Of a DNA stretch of 64,000 bases, positions 48,963-58,933 are shown piece after piece. Both the position numbers and the translations under genes were made by a program. The notes under the pieces are model-generated. The model saw nothing but the letters and a program-made list of their open reading frames with translations, did no database searches and had not been told where the DNA came from. The DNA comes from Trueperaceae bacterium (GTDB lineage Bacteria; Deinococcota; Deinococci; Deinococcales; Trueperaceae): NCBI GenBank assembly GCA_965214405.1, contig OZ243956.1, positions 1,344,001 to 1,408,000 on the forward strand, written 5' to 3'. Within the stretch, counting starts at the first letter, position 1; each line of letters starts with the position of its first letter.

Positions 48963-51530
48963 TTACTTAGTGAGCCCTGGGTTGCCAAAAACCAGCACGC
49001 GGCGCTTGCGCTTGCCCGTCGGCAACGCTTCTTGCAGTTCGGCGCGCGGCGCGGTTTCTTCTTGGGCAGTTTCACTTCGGGCGGTTTCGCTCTGGGCTGC
49101 TTCTCTTTGTATGGTTCTTTGGGGTTCGGTGCGGGTGGGCTCCCTCTTGACGGGCTCAGTCCTGGCAGGTTCTACCTTAATGGGTTCTGTTTTGGCAGGC
49201 TCGAGCGCCACCCCCACCCGTTTGTCCGGCGTCGTGTTCGACGAGGGACGCTTGCGCCGCCGCGACCTCCGGCTCCCCCCCACCTCGCCCGCCTCGCGCT
49301 CGGCGTGCTTTTCCTCTTCGGGGCGCGCGGCGCTTAAGGGCGTTTTAAGGTTTTCGGGTGCTTGGCGGGTGCGGGGGCGCTCGTCGGCCTCAGCCTCGGA
49401 CGCCTCGGGCATCTCCATGTGCGCGGGCATGAGGTCGATTTGCCGCACCGTCGGGTTGGCGTTGAGCATCTTGACGCCGGTCCGGTCGCCCAGGCGGTAC
49501 TTTTTCTTCGTGTGTTTGCCCACAAGCATCATCGCGTCTTCGAGATACATGTAGTAGTCGTCCTCGAGCTGCGACACGTGCATGAGTCCCTCGACGCCGT
49601 TGGGCAGGGCCACAAAAATCCCGAAGTTGGTCACGCCCGTAATCACGCCGTTAAAGGTCTCGCCGATGTGCTCCTTGGCCCAGAGCGCCTGATAGTAGCG
49701 GGTGAGGTCGCGCTCGGCGTCCTCGGCGACGCGCTCGCGCTCGGAGGCGTGCTCGGCGAGCGCCGGAAAGTCGCTCTTCATCCGCTCTTTTAGGGTCGGT
49801 GACAGGCGGTGCTGGAGCATGGCGCGCAAAACGCGGTGGACGACCAAGTCGGGGTAGCGGCGAATGGGCGAGGTGAAGTGCAGGTAGTTCTCAAACGCCA
49901 AACCAAAGTGACCCAGGTTCTCGGCGCTGTAGCGCGCTTGCTTTAGCGAGCGCAAGAGCAGTGTATTGACAAGCTGCGCCTCGGGTTTGCCCGCAGCTTT
50001 TTTTAAGATTTCCTGTAAATCCTGCGGCCCGGCGTGCTCCAAGTCAATCTCATAGCCGAGCTTGCCCAGCGCCTTTTGCAAGGCCTGAATCTTCTCGGTC
50101 GAGGGGTCCTCGTGGACGCGGTACAAGGCGGGGATGTTGCGCTCGTCCAGCTCCTTGGCGACCAAACGGTTGGCGAGCAGCATGAGTTCTTCGATGAGTT
50201 GCCGCGCCGCGTTGGGCCGCACCGGGGTGAGGTGCAGCGCGCCCTTGTCGTCCACATCGACCTTGGCCTCGGTGAAGTTGAAGTTGAGTGCGCCCTCGCT
50301 AAAACGCGCCTCGCGGAGCGTCTGGGTGAGGTCGAGCAAGACCTTGACGTCGCGCTCGAGCTTGAGCTTGCCCGCGGGCAACCGCCCGCCGTCGGCGAAC
50401 TCTTGCACCCCGTCGTAGGTGAGGCGCGCATCCGAAGTGATGACGGTTTCTTTGAACTTGACGCCCTTGACCTCGCCCGTGCGGGTAAGGTCCACCATCA
50501 CGGAGAGCGTGAGCCGCGGCTGGCCCTCGACAAGCGAACAGATGCCGTTCGAAAGCTCTTCGGGCAGCATCGGCAAAACGTCGCCGGGCAGATACACGCT
50601 CGTCGCGCGCTCTAAGGCCTCGCGGTCAAGTGAAGTGCCCTCCGCCACGTAGTACGACACATCGGCGATGTGGACGCCCACGCGCAACAGGCTGTTCTTG
50701 CCGCGCCCGCTGCGCTCTAAGGAAATCGCGTCGTCAAAGTCCTTGGCGTCCGCGCCGTCGATCGTAAAAGTATTGACGCCGCGCAAGTCGGTGCGGCCCG
50801 CCAGCATCTCACCCGTCACGGTCTCGGGCACCGCCTCCGCCTCGGCCAGGGTCTCGGGCTCGAACTCGTCTTTTAAGCCGTACTTGACGATGACCGCCCT
50901 CGTCTCGACCTCGGGGTCGTCGCCCTCGCCCAAAAACTCCTCGACCTCGGCGTAGGGGTCTTTTTCGCCCGAGTCCTCGGGCCAGACCATGCGCCCGACG
51001 ATGCGGCTCCCCGCCTCGAGCTTGCCCACCGAGTCGGGCGTTAAAAGAATGCGCTCGCGCAACTTGGGCGAGTCGGGGCGCAGGATGGCGTAGCCTCGAG
51101 CGTACTCGAGCGTGCCCACCACCAGATTGTTCTTGCGCTCCAAAATCCGCACGACCTCGCCGCGCTTGCGCCCACCATCGCTCGTCATCGGGTTGGGCCG
51201 CGCCATCACCTTGTCGCCGTCCCAGGCCCCGCCTAAGTGGTCGGCGGGGATGAACAAATCTTTCTCGTCGCCCGCGTCGGGGATGACAAAGCCGTAGCCG
51301 CCCGCGGTGACCTGCAAGCGGCCCAGCATCAGGTTCATTTCTTGGGGCAAGCCGTAGGTGCGCCGCCGGGTGCGGACCAGCCGCCCCTCCTCGGTTAGGG
51401 CGGCCAATTCGCGCCGCAGTTCGGACCGGTCGCCGATCTTGAGTTCTTTCTGAAGGTCCTGGACGTGCCAGGGTTTTTCAGGGTTGTTTTTGAAAAATTG
51501 GAAAAGCGTTTCTCGCTCCACTTGCGTCAT
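48963..51530 (-). CDS. rnr: Ribonuclease R
   Basis: TIDGADAKDFDDA, HFTSPIRRYPDL, S1 domain; start ATG 51530 after TACACT. Confidence 0.97.
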   Translation of the reverse strand: MTQVERETLFQFFKNNPEKPWHVQDLQKELKIGDRSELRRELAALTEEGRLVRTRRRTYGLPQEMNLMLGRLQVTAGGYGFVIPDAGDEKDLFIPADHLGGAWDGDKVMARPNPMTSDGGRKRGEVVRILERKNNLVVGTLEYARGYAILRPDSPKLRERILLTPDSVGKLEAGSRIVGRMVWPEDSGEKDPYAEVEEFLGEGDDPEVETRAVIVKYGLKDEFEPETLAEAEAVPETVTGEMLAGRTDLRGVNTFTIDGADAKDFDDAISLERSGRGKNSLLRVGVHIADVSYYVAEGTSLDREALERATSVYLPGDVLPMLPEELSNGICSLVEGQPRLTLSVMVDLTRTGEVKGVKFKETVITSDARLTYDGVQEFADGGRLPAGKLKLERDVKVLLDLTQTLREARFSEGALNFNFTEAKVDVDDKGALHLTPVRPNAARQLIEELMLLANRLVAKELDERNIPALYRVHEDPSTEKIQALQKALGKLGYEIDLEHAGPQDLQEILKKAAGKPEAQLVNTLLLRSLKQARYSAENLGHFGLAFENYLHFTSPIRRYPDLVVHRVLRAMLQHRLSPTLKERMKSDFPALAEHASERERVAEDAERDLTRYYQALWAKEHIGETFNGVITGVTNFGIFVALPNGVEGLMHVSQLEDDYYMYLEDAMMLVGKHTKKKYRLGDRTGVKMLNANPTVRQIDLMPAHMEMPEASEAEADERPRTRQAPENLKTPLSAARPEEEKHAEREAGEVGGSRRSRRRKRPSSNTTPDKRVGVALEPAKTEPIKVEPARTEPVKREPTRTEPQRTIQREAAQSETARSETAQEETAPRAELQEALPTGKRKRRVLVFGNPGLTK

Positions 51531-51723
51531 TAGGCCTAGTGTAGCGCGTTTGGCGCCTCCAGAGGCGACAGCAGGAAGCAATGCGCTTTCAGGACGGGTC
51601 TGTACCCGACCTGACAGTAGGATTTCTCACAAAAGAGCGCACCCGCCAGCGCGCGCTTCACCCTTTTGAATCCGTTAGAATGGGGCGCGCGCCACCCTCG
51701 CGGGCGCGTAGAGGAGGAGTTTT

Positions 51724-52557
51724 ATGTGCGCACCCAAGGTCATGGACTACGTGAACAAGAGGCTGAGTCGGCGCGACCTGTTCAAATTAGCAGGCGTGGC
51801 TGCGGGCGTGGGGGCGGGCGCGGGGACGCCTCGAGCCTTTGCGCAAAGCGCCCCCTCGCTGAGCCTCAACAACCTCACCGACCTCACCCACACCATCTCG
51901 CCCGACTTCCCCGTGTTTCCCGGCTTCGACCCCATGCGGATCAACACGCTCGTCACGGTTGAAGACGACGGCTTTTACGCGAACCGCTGGGACATCGGCG
52001 AGCACACGGGCACGCACCTAGACGCCCCCGCGCACTTCGTCGCGGGCGCGACCACCGCCGACGCCATCCCGGTGGCGGAGTTCATCGCGCCGATGGCGAT
52101 CATAGACATTTCCGAAAAGGGCGCCCAGAATCCTGACGCGATGGTCCTGGTGGAGGATTTAACGGCCTGGGAGGATGAACATGGAGCACTGCCCGCGGGC
52201 GCGGCGGTGATGATGGTTTCGGGTTGGGAGGCGCGGCTCTCGAACGACCCCTCGAGCTTTCTCAACCAGGACGGCCCCGGCGTGCCGCACTTTCCCGGCT
52301 TTTCACCCGAAGCCGCCCTCTTTCTGGTTAACGAGCGCGACATCAAGGGTATCGGCGTGGACACGCTCTCGCTCGACATCGGCGCGTCGCAAACTTTTGA
52401 CGTGCACCTGAGCGTCCTGGGCGCGGGCAAGTGGGGCTTGGAAAACGTCGCCAACCTCAAGGCGCTGCCGCCCGCGGGCGCGACGCTTATCGTGGGCGCG
52501 TCCAAAGTGCAAAACGCCTCGGGCGGGCCGGTGCGCCTATTTGCAACCTGGGAATAG
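51724..52557 (+). CDS. Cyclase/kynurenine-formamidase-family metal hydrolase with Tat signal
   Basis: SRRDLFK; EHTGTHLDAPAH; GVDTLS; LENV. Confidence 0.9.
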   Translation: MCAPKVMDYVNKRLSRRDLFKLAGVAAGVGAGAGTPRAFAQSAPSLSLNNLTDLTHTISPDFPVFPGFDPMRINTLVTVEDDGFYANRWDIGEHTGTHLDAPAHFVAGATTADAIPVAEFIAPMAIIDISEKGAQNPDAMVLVEDLTAWEDEHGALPAGAAVMMVSGWEARLSNDPSSFLNQDGPGVPHFPGFSPEAALFLVNERDIKGIGVDTLSLDIGASQTFDVHLSVLGAGKWGLENVANLKALPPAGATLIVGASKVQNASGGPVRLFATWE

Positions 52558-52744
52558 CTCAGGGGTTTTTGGTGCCACTAAACTCAAGAGCCAAGGAACA
52601 TAAGGGGGCAGCAAACTGCGCCCTCCCGTTGATCTTTGGCAGCGCCCGCTGAGACGGTTCGGCGCTTTGCCTCCTCGCGCCGCTGTGCAAAACTGCACGT
52701 GAACGGCGCAGCGTCTGTTTTAGTATCCGGCTAAGCCTCTTTTG

Positions 52745-52768
52745 TTCGCGCTAACGCGTTAGCGCGAA
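52745..52768. promoter_or_regulatory. Perfect 24-bp palindrome
   Basis: TTCGCGCTAACG|CGTTAGCGCGAA. Confidence 0.6.
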
Positions 52769-52841
52769 TCACTTTGGCCTTTTAGGAGTGGGCCGCTTTA
52801 CAGGCTTTTGCTGGGCGGGGCAGAGAACGGACAATAACCTT

Positions 52842-53789
52842 ATGAATATCGAAACCCTTTTACGACGCAGGATAGACCGCCGTAAGCTGTTACGAAACGG
52901 CGGATTTATGGGCGCTGGCGCGGCGGCGCTGGGCGGCCTCGGCTTCTCGCGGTTTGCCAAGGCGCAAGAGATGACGATGGGCGTCGAGCTGAGCCCGGAG
53001 TTAGACGCCAAAATTTTAACGTTTGCGCTTAACCTCGAGTACCTAGAGGCCGAATACTATCTGCGCGGCGCGTACGGCTTGGGCCTCGCTTCAGAAGACG
53101 TCGGCACGTCGCCCGGCGAGGTGACGGGGGGGCGCAAGGTCGAGTTCGCCACCCCGGCGACCGAGCTTTACGTGCAAGAGGTTGCCGCCGACGAAGAGGC
53201 GCACGTCCAGTTTTTGCGCGCCGCGCTCGGCGAAAGCGCCGTGTCCCGCCCCGCCATCGACTTTACGGGCGCTTTTACGGGCGCGGCCAGAGCCGCGGGC
53301 ATTATCGGCGATGACCAGGAATTCGACCCCTTCGCCAACGAACTCTTTTTCTTGCACGGGGCCTTTTTATTCGAGGATGTCGGCGTGTCGGCTTACGGCG
53401 GCGCGGCCCCCTTTATCAGCGACCGCGAGACGGTCTTGGCCGCCGCGGTGGGCATCGGTTTGGTCGAGGCCTACCACGCGGGTGAGGTGCGTACGCTCCT
53501 CTACCAGAACAAAGACGTGATGGCGGTGGGCGAGCAGACCGTGGCCGAAGTCGTGCAAAAAATCTCCGACGCCCGCGACCTCCTGAGCGGCGAGGGCGAC
53601 GACGACCAGGGTATCGTCCAAGACGGGCTTGCCAACATCGTCAACGCCAACAGCAACGCGATCGCCTTTGCCCGCACGCCCAAGCAGGTCTTAGACATCG
53701 TCTATTTGGACTTGGGCTTATCGGCGACACCGGGCGGCTTCTTCCCCAACGGTCTTAACGGAGACTTCTCGGGCGTACCGTCGCTGTAA
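52842..53789 (+). CDS. Ferritin-like desiccation-related protein (PCC13-62/DRB0118-like) with Tat signal
   Basis: DRRKLL; FALNLEYLEAEYY, DEEAHV, FEDVGVSAY, VEAYHAG, GGFFPNGLNG. Confidence 0.88.
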   Translation: MNIETLLRRRIDRRKLLRNGGFMGAGAAALGGLGFSRFAKAQEMTMGVELSPELDAKILTFALNLEYLEAEYYLRGAYGLGLASEDVGTSPGEVTGGRKVEFATPATELYVQEVAADEEAHVQFLRAALGESAVSRPAIDFTGAFTGAARAAGIIGDDQEFDPFANELFFLHGAFLFEDVGVSAYGGAAPFISDRETVLAAAVGIGLVEAYHAGEVRTLLYQNKDVMAVGEQTVAEVVQKISDARDLLSGEGDDDQGIVQDGLANIVNANSNAIAFARTPKQVLDIVYLDLGLSATPGGFFPNGLNGDFSGVPSL

Positions 53790-54199
53790 GGTGCTAACAA
53801 GAGCAGGGTAGTAAAGAAAGGTTCTCTCGTGGCCTCTGGCGTTAACCAGGGGCTTTATTTCGTATGGTCTCGAGCACCACGCTCTTAACTTCGTGCGTTT
53901 GTACCTGAGCGCTTCGGCCCCACCGAAACCTTTGGCTGGCACGCTCTCGAGCCGCGCGAACGTGCTGCCCCTCATCGCCACGAGGCTGTGCAAGAGAATA
54001 GCCGAGGGGCGACAAGTCCAACATGTATAAAGCTGTGTGATAAACAGTTTCCCGCGGCGTGACCAGCCCGTCAAAACTCAGCCTGTCGGGGACGCGCTTC
54101 TAGCTGAGTAGAGTAAGAACTTCTCGTTCATGATGTGTACACGACAAGGCTGAGCCCATTCGTAAGAATTTTGTGACACTTCACGTGACATGCTAAGAC

Positions 54200-55384
54200 A
54201 TGTTCATGTCGCGCCTCGGTCTTCACTTCGCGCTTCCCACCGATGAAGAGAGTATGCGCCGCGCCTTTTACTTAGTCGTTTTGGGGCTCTGCGTTCTTGC
54301 GGGCGCGCTGCCAGCGTTTCTCAATCCCGCGTTCTCTTGGTTCAGCTCCTTTTATGAAACGCTCGTCCCGCTTGTTCTGGGCGCTCTCACGGCGCTAGGC
54401 ATTCTGCTCTGGACTCGTCCTGAGAGTCTGTCCCATGTTGAGCGGGCGCTGTTCGGCGTCGGCGTGAGCTACAACCTCGCAGTTTTTGTCCGCATTCTCT
54501 ATATCGGCTCGAGCGCGGACGTCCGTGACTATATCGACGTCTACCGCACCTTTTCGCCGCTCGTGTACGCGTGGGCGTTTTTGGCCTTTGGACGCCGCCG
54601 CGGGCTATTCAATTCGCTCTTGTTTATGGGGAGCGTGCTCGCACTCGCCGCTCCTTATCTCTTGGGATTTACCCCACCGCGAGTGGATTACACCGTTATT
54701 CGACCGCTCGTTTTAAGCGTCCCGACCGTGGGAGGCGTTTACCTGACGATTTTCTACGCGCTGACTCATTTCCTCGAGGTGAGCGTTCGGGCGCGTGTAG
54801 GCGCGGAGACCGAGGCCAGGCTCGCTTACCTAGACCCGCTCACGGGGTTGCCCAACCGCCTACTCCTTGACCAGCGTTTGGGGGAAGCTTTTCACGCCGC
54901 TCAAGGGGAGCGCCAAAGCTTCGCGCTGGCTTTTATCGACCTAGACGCGTTCAAGGCGGTGAATGACACCTTTGGTCACGCGGCGGGTGACGCGCTCCTT
55001 AAAGAAGTGGCGACGCGGTTGGGCAGCCCTTTACGCGCCTCAGACACGCTCGCGCGCATTTCCGGTGACGAGTTCGCCGTAATTTTGCCCGCGACCGCGT
55101 CCCCCGCGGCGGTCAAGAAGGTGGCGGAACGGCTGTTGGGGACCCTCGAGACCCCTTTCAACCTGGGCGGTGTGAGCTACCGCGCAAGCGCCAGTATGGG
55201 TTTCGCCCTCTATCAGGCCTCGAGCATGACCCCGACGACCCCCGACAGATTACTCGCTCAGGCCGACGAGGCGATGTACGTCGCTAAACAGTGCGGTAGA
55301 AACGGTTACCACCTGTTCGCGTTTGAGACGCAGGTCGAGCTTCAGACCCGCGCTCAAAGAAGGGAAATCGTAGCAGGATGTTAG
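54200..55384 (+). CDS. Membrane-bound GGDEF-domain protein (SGDEF variant)
   Basis: About 6 TM; DPLTGLPNR, DLDAFKAVNDTFGHAAGD, RISGDEF, ADEAMY. Confidence 0.92.
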   Translation: MFMSRLGLHFALPTDEESMRRAFYLVVLGLCVLAGALPAFLNPAFSWFSSFYETLVPLVLGALTALGILLWTRPESLSHVERALFGVGVSYNLAVFVRILYIGSSADVRDYIDVYRTFSPLVYAWAFLAFGRRRGLFNSLLFMGSVLALAAPYLLGFTPPRVDYTVIRPLVLSVPTVGGVYLTIFYALTHFLEVSVRARVGAETEARLAYLDPLTGLPNRLLLDQRLGEAFHAAQGERQSFALAFIDLDAFKAVNDTFGHAAGDALLKEVATRLGSPLRASDTLARISGDEFAVILPATASPAAVKKVAERLLGTLETPFNLGGVSYRASASMGFALYQASSMTPTTPDRLLAQADEAMYVAKQCGRNGYHLFAFETQVELQTRAQRREIVAGC

Positions 55385-55413
55385 CCCCCCGTTCACATTT
55401 ACCCGTTCCCAAG

Positions 55414-55446
55414 GAACAGAGGGCGTGGTAAATGCGCCCTCTGTTC
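55414..55446. terminator. Hairpin between convergent genes
   Basis: GAACAGAGGGCG-9 nt-CGCCCTCTGTTC. Confidence 0.7.
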
Positions 55447-55485
55447 GTTCAGCCATCCGTATATTCATGTGTGACGCGTAAAGCG

Positions 55486-56022
55486 TTAATTTCCTCCCGT
55501 AGCACCTTGTCTCATAATGACACCGCACGCGATGCGGTCGCCGCTCTCACCGCCCGGGTCGGTTAAGTAATCGTCAGGGTCCGCGTGGAGGATAATGGCG
55601 CTGCCGTCCGCGTCGAAAAGCGAGTTGACCTGGTCGGGCGCGAGCGAGATGAGCAGCGTACTGATTTGGTAGACCGCGTTGCCTTCTGCGTCAAGGATGA
55701 GGTTGGGCAGGTCGCCCGCGTGCGGCCCCTGCGGGTTGAGAAAACCGTGCTCATCATTACCGGGGTTATAGTGCGCGCCCGCCGCCTCGAAGGTGGGCTC
55801 GCACGCGCCCGTCTCGTGGATGTGAAAGCCGTGCGCGCCCTCGGCGGCGGCGGTAAAGCCGGTGATGGTCGCCTCGAGCGTAACCGGACCGTCCTCACTA
55901 AACGTCACGGTGCCGACCACATTGCCGTCGGCGTCTCGCAACTCCGCGCTCGCCTGGAGCGTTTGTGCGAACGCACCACCCAGCAGCCCAAAAAACAATA
56001 CAAAACCGATTATTTTCTTCAT
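55486..56022 (-). CDS. sodC: Cu/Zn superoxide dismutase
   Basis: Signal peptide; HGFHIH, HYNP, HAGDLPN, ILHADPDD, RIACGVI. Confidence 0.95.
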   Translation of the reverse strand: MKKIIGFVLFFGLLGGAFAQTLQASAELRDADGNVVGTVTFSEDGPVTLEATITGFTAAAEGAHGFHIHETGACEPTFEAAGAHYNPGNDEHGFLNPQGPHAGDLPNLILDAEGNAVYQISTLLISLAPDQVNSLFDADGSAIILHADPDDYLTDPGGESGDRIACGVIMRQGATGGN

Positions 56023-56182
56023 AAGCCCCTTTCTTTACTCTGCTTACTCACCATACTGTTTTTACACATAATCACTATGAGCACCCGCTCACAGTCGGGC
56101 GGCTCGAGGGAACGTTCGCAACCCCTTTTATCCGCCCGGCGGGCGGCGCAAAAACTAAGCTGCGCTTGTTAAAGGTAACCCG

Positions 56183-57460
56183 CTACCCCATCACGATTTT
56201 GCCAAAGTAGGGTCTCAGCACCTCCGGCACCGTGACCGTCCCGTCCTCGTTTTGACAGTTCTCCAAAATCGCCGCGACGGTGCGGACCATGCCGAACATG
56301 CTGCCGTTTAGGGTATGCACGAGTTCAGGTTTGCCCTTGCCCTGTGGCCCGCCCTCACGAAAACGCGTCATCAGGCGCTGCGCCTGGAACGTTTCAAAGT
56401 TGGTTACGCTCGAGACCTCCAGCCACCGCCCTTGCCCCGCGCTCCACACCTCTAAGTCGTACGTTTTGGCGCTCGCAAAGGTCATGTCGCCCGTGCAGAG
56501 CAAGAGGCGGCGGTAGGGCAAACCGAGGGCTTCAAGAGACCGTTCCACACGCTCCGTCATCGCCTCCAAAACCTCATAACTTATGTCAGGATGCACAAGC
56601 TGCACCATCTCCACCTTGTCAAACTGATGCACCCGGTTCACGCCGCGCACCTCCTTGCCGTAACTCCCGGCCTCGCGGCGGAAGCAGGCGCTGTGGGCGG
56701 TGTAGCGCAGGGGCAAGACGGAGGCGTCCAAAATCTCGTCGCGGTGAAGGTTCGTCACCGGCACCTCCGACGTGGGGATGAGATAAAAGCCGTCGGTGAC
56801 CTCGTACATCTGCCCCTCTTTGTCGGGCAGTTGCCCCGTCGCGGTCGCGGAGGCTTCGTTGACCATCAGGGGCGGCAGGATTTCGGTGTAGCCCTCGTCG
56901 CCCAGCGTATTGAGCGAATACTGGACGAGCGCGCGCATGAGCCGCGCGCCGTCGCCCTTAAAAACCGGAAAGCCCGCGCCCGTGACCTTGACGCCCGCCT
57001 CCAAGTCAATCCAGCCGCGCGCCGCGGCCAAATCCCAATGGGGCTTGGGCTCAAAAGCGAAGTGAGGCTTGTCGCCGTGCTCATGGACCACCACGTTGTC
57101 GTGTTCGCTCGAGCCAAAAGGCACGCTTGTGTGGGGGAGGTTGGGCAGCTCCAACATGAGCGCCCCCACTTGCGCCTCCAAACTCCGGCTCCGCTCCTCG
57201 AGCCTTTTCACCTCCTCGGCAAGCCCGCCCATCTCGCGCACAAGCGCCTCGGCGTTCTCGCCCCGGCGCTTGAGGTCGCCAATTTTCTTGCTCTCGGCGT
57301 TGCGCCGCGCCTGCTTCTCCTCTAAGTCGCTACGCAGCAGGCGGTATTCCTCATCAACCAAGAGGAGCTGATCGAGCTTGGGCTCGGTGGTTGAGCCCTT
57401 GGCGCGGATCGCGCGTCTGACGGTGTCAGGATTCTCGCGGATGAATTTGATATCCAACAT
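56183..57460 (-). CDS. serS: Serine--tRNA ligase
   Basis: MLDIKFIRENP, LIPTSE, FRREAG, HQFDKVE, HTLNGS. Confidence 0.98.
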   Translation of the reverse strand: MLDIKFIRENPDTVRRAIRAKGSTTEPKLDQLLLVDEEYRLLRSDLEEKQARRNAESKKIGDLKRRGENAEALVREMGGLAEEVKRLEERSRSLEAQVGALMLELPNLPHTSVPFGSSEHDNVVVHEHGDKPHFAFEPKPHWDLAAARGWIDLEAGVKVTGAGFPVFKGDGARLMRALVQYSLNTLGDEGYTEILPPLMVNEASATATGQLPDKEGQMYEVTDGFYLIPTSEVPVTNLHRDEILDASVLPLRYTAHSACFRREAGSYGKEVRGVNRVHQFDKVEMVQLVHPDISYEVLEAMTERVERSLEALGLPYRRLLLCTGDMTFASAKTYDLEVWSAGQGRWLEVSSVTNFETFQAQRLMTRFREGGPQGKGKPELVHTLNGSMFGMVRTVAAILENCQNEDGTVTVPEVLRPYFGKIVMG

Positions 57461-57540
57461 GAGGCTTAGGTTACCCGAAATGGGAGGTTTTATCTCCAGA
57501 AAAGAGGACGTAGCGGTATGCTCATCGTGGAGGTTCAGCG

Positions 57541-57935
57541 GTGAGCACCTTGAGGGCGGTTGCGAAAGTGGGCTTGCTCAACTTGCTGTTGGTGGCTTGC
57601 CGTTTCGGTGAAGGCGCAGTCAACTCAAGCTTTGTGGAATCAAGAACAGCCGCCGAGATTGCCATTTCTCACCTGAAAGAGCAAGTTTCTCGCATGACGA
57701 AAACGAGCAAGAGATTTTTGTGTCGGAAGGAAATTACGACGGTCAAACGGTGTGGCTTATTTCTGTCTTGCCCGAAAACTACACGCCCATTAAAAGCAGA
57801 GAGATGATAACCACAACCATTAACGGTAAAGAAGTCCAGCTAGAGAAAATCACGCCGAACGGTCCGGCCAATGGTCCGACGGTTGCCGTGTCAAAATCGG
57901 ATGGCAGTGTTATTAATATGAGGTTTAACCCGTGA
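57541..57935 (+). pseudogene. Frameshifted lipoprotein, paralogue 1 of a tandem array
   Basis: LLLVAC lipobox; one missing base near 57685 joins ORFs 57541 and 57720; aligns to the next gene. Confidence 0.7.
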
Positions 57936-58389
57936 AGAATACCCCTTCCCTTGGCAGTAGTTTGGGCGGTGGCTTTAACTTCAAAGTGACTACGTTTGCT
58001 TTGCTCCTCGTATGCTTCGTTTTGTCAGCCTGTACCCAACCAACAGGTGACATTTCGCCAAGCGACGCTCGAGGGCAGAGTGCCTACATTGGTCAAGATG
58101 TAGCAGTTGAAACTGCTCGAGCAACCCTGTCAAGCAAAGGGGTTGTTTACAATCCCGAAAAAGATTTGATAGTCGTCAAGGAAAAGCTGTTGGAAGGAGA
58201 GCCCGTTTATTTGGTCGGCTACTGGGTTAGATCCAACCTACCCGAGTACGACAATCTCCACATCTACGACGAAGGTGCCCTGTCAATCGCTCCGGGGGCA
58301 AAAGGTCCACCTTTTGTTCCGGGTGGCGAGCGGAATGTTTATATCTCGAAAAAACAGGTCAGGTGATAAAGGTCGAGTTTACAAGGTGA
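57932..58389 (+). pseudogene. Lipoprotein, paralogue 2, with a frameshift near the C-terminus
   Basis: VLSAC lipobox; adding one A to the A6 run at 58349-58354 gives VYISKKTGQVIKVEFTR*, matching paralogue 1 VAVSKSDGSVINMRFNP*. Confidence 0.65.
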
Positions 58390-58449
58390 AACTGCTGAGT
58401 TTTCGAGGAATATTTAGCAGCTCGTATCACTTCAAAAGCATCTCACGAG

Positions 58450-58920
58450 CTACAGCCCAACCGCCCGCAGCACCCGCGCGTCAAGAGGTAGCGGAACAGG
58501 TTCCGCCACTTCGACCTGAGCAAAATCCGGATGCTCAGGATTGATGACAAAGTTATGCTCCGTGGGAACCAAAACGCTCGGCACCTTGAGAACCAGCGTC
58601 TCGTGAGCGCTAAACCATGCGTGACCGAGCGCTCGAGTGCTCTCCGGCACGGGCTCGGCCTGCCAATCTTCCGGCAGTTCGTCCAAGGTGAGCGTGGTCA
58701 AACCTTCGGAAGGTAGCGTAACCTTCAGCGCAACATACTGGTTGAGCATGTCTAAGTTCTCCGCGTGGGCCAGCACCTCCAGAAAAGCCAAAGAAAGCGT
58801 TTCGCTGGCGTAGGCCACGCGGACGCCGCGCACGTTCCAGCGTCCCGGATAGCGGGCGCTGCCTTCGCCGGAAAGGGCGGTTGCGGCGTACTGGGGCCTT
58901 GTGAGCCGCCAGACGTTCAA
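58450..58920 (-). CDS. RES-domain toxin (MbcT/ParT-like)
   Basis: WRL, SGEG...GRWN, YASETLSLAFLE, VPS, NFVINPEHPDF; TTG start at 58920. Confidence 0.9.
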   Translation of the reverse strand: MNVWRLTRPQYAATALSGEGSARYPGRWNVRGVRVAYASETLSLAFLEVLAHAENLDMLNQYVALKVTLPSEGLTTLTLDELPEDWQAEPVPESTRALGHAWFSAHETLVLKVPSVLVPTEHNFVINPEHPDFAQVEVAEPVPLPLDARVLRAVGL

Positions 58921-58933
58921 GAAGGCCAAGCGT

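Noticed and set aside
52560..52745. Riboswitch between the cyclase and ferritin-like genes
   Set aside because: Several hairpins, but no recognisable aptamer consensus.
53790..53850. attC-like TAAC...GTTA after the ferritin-like gene
   Set aside because: L boxes do not pair, and the gene looks native.
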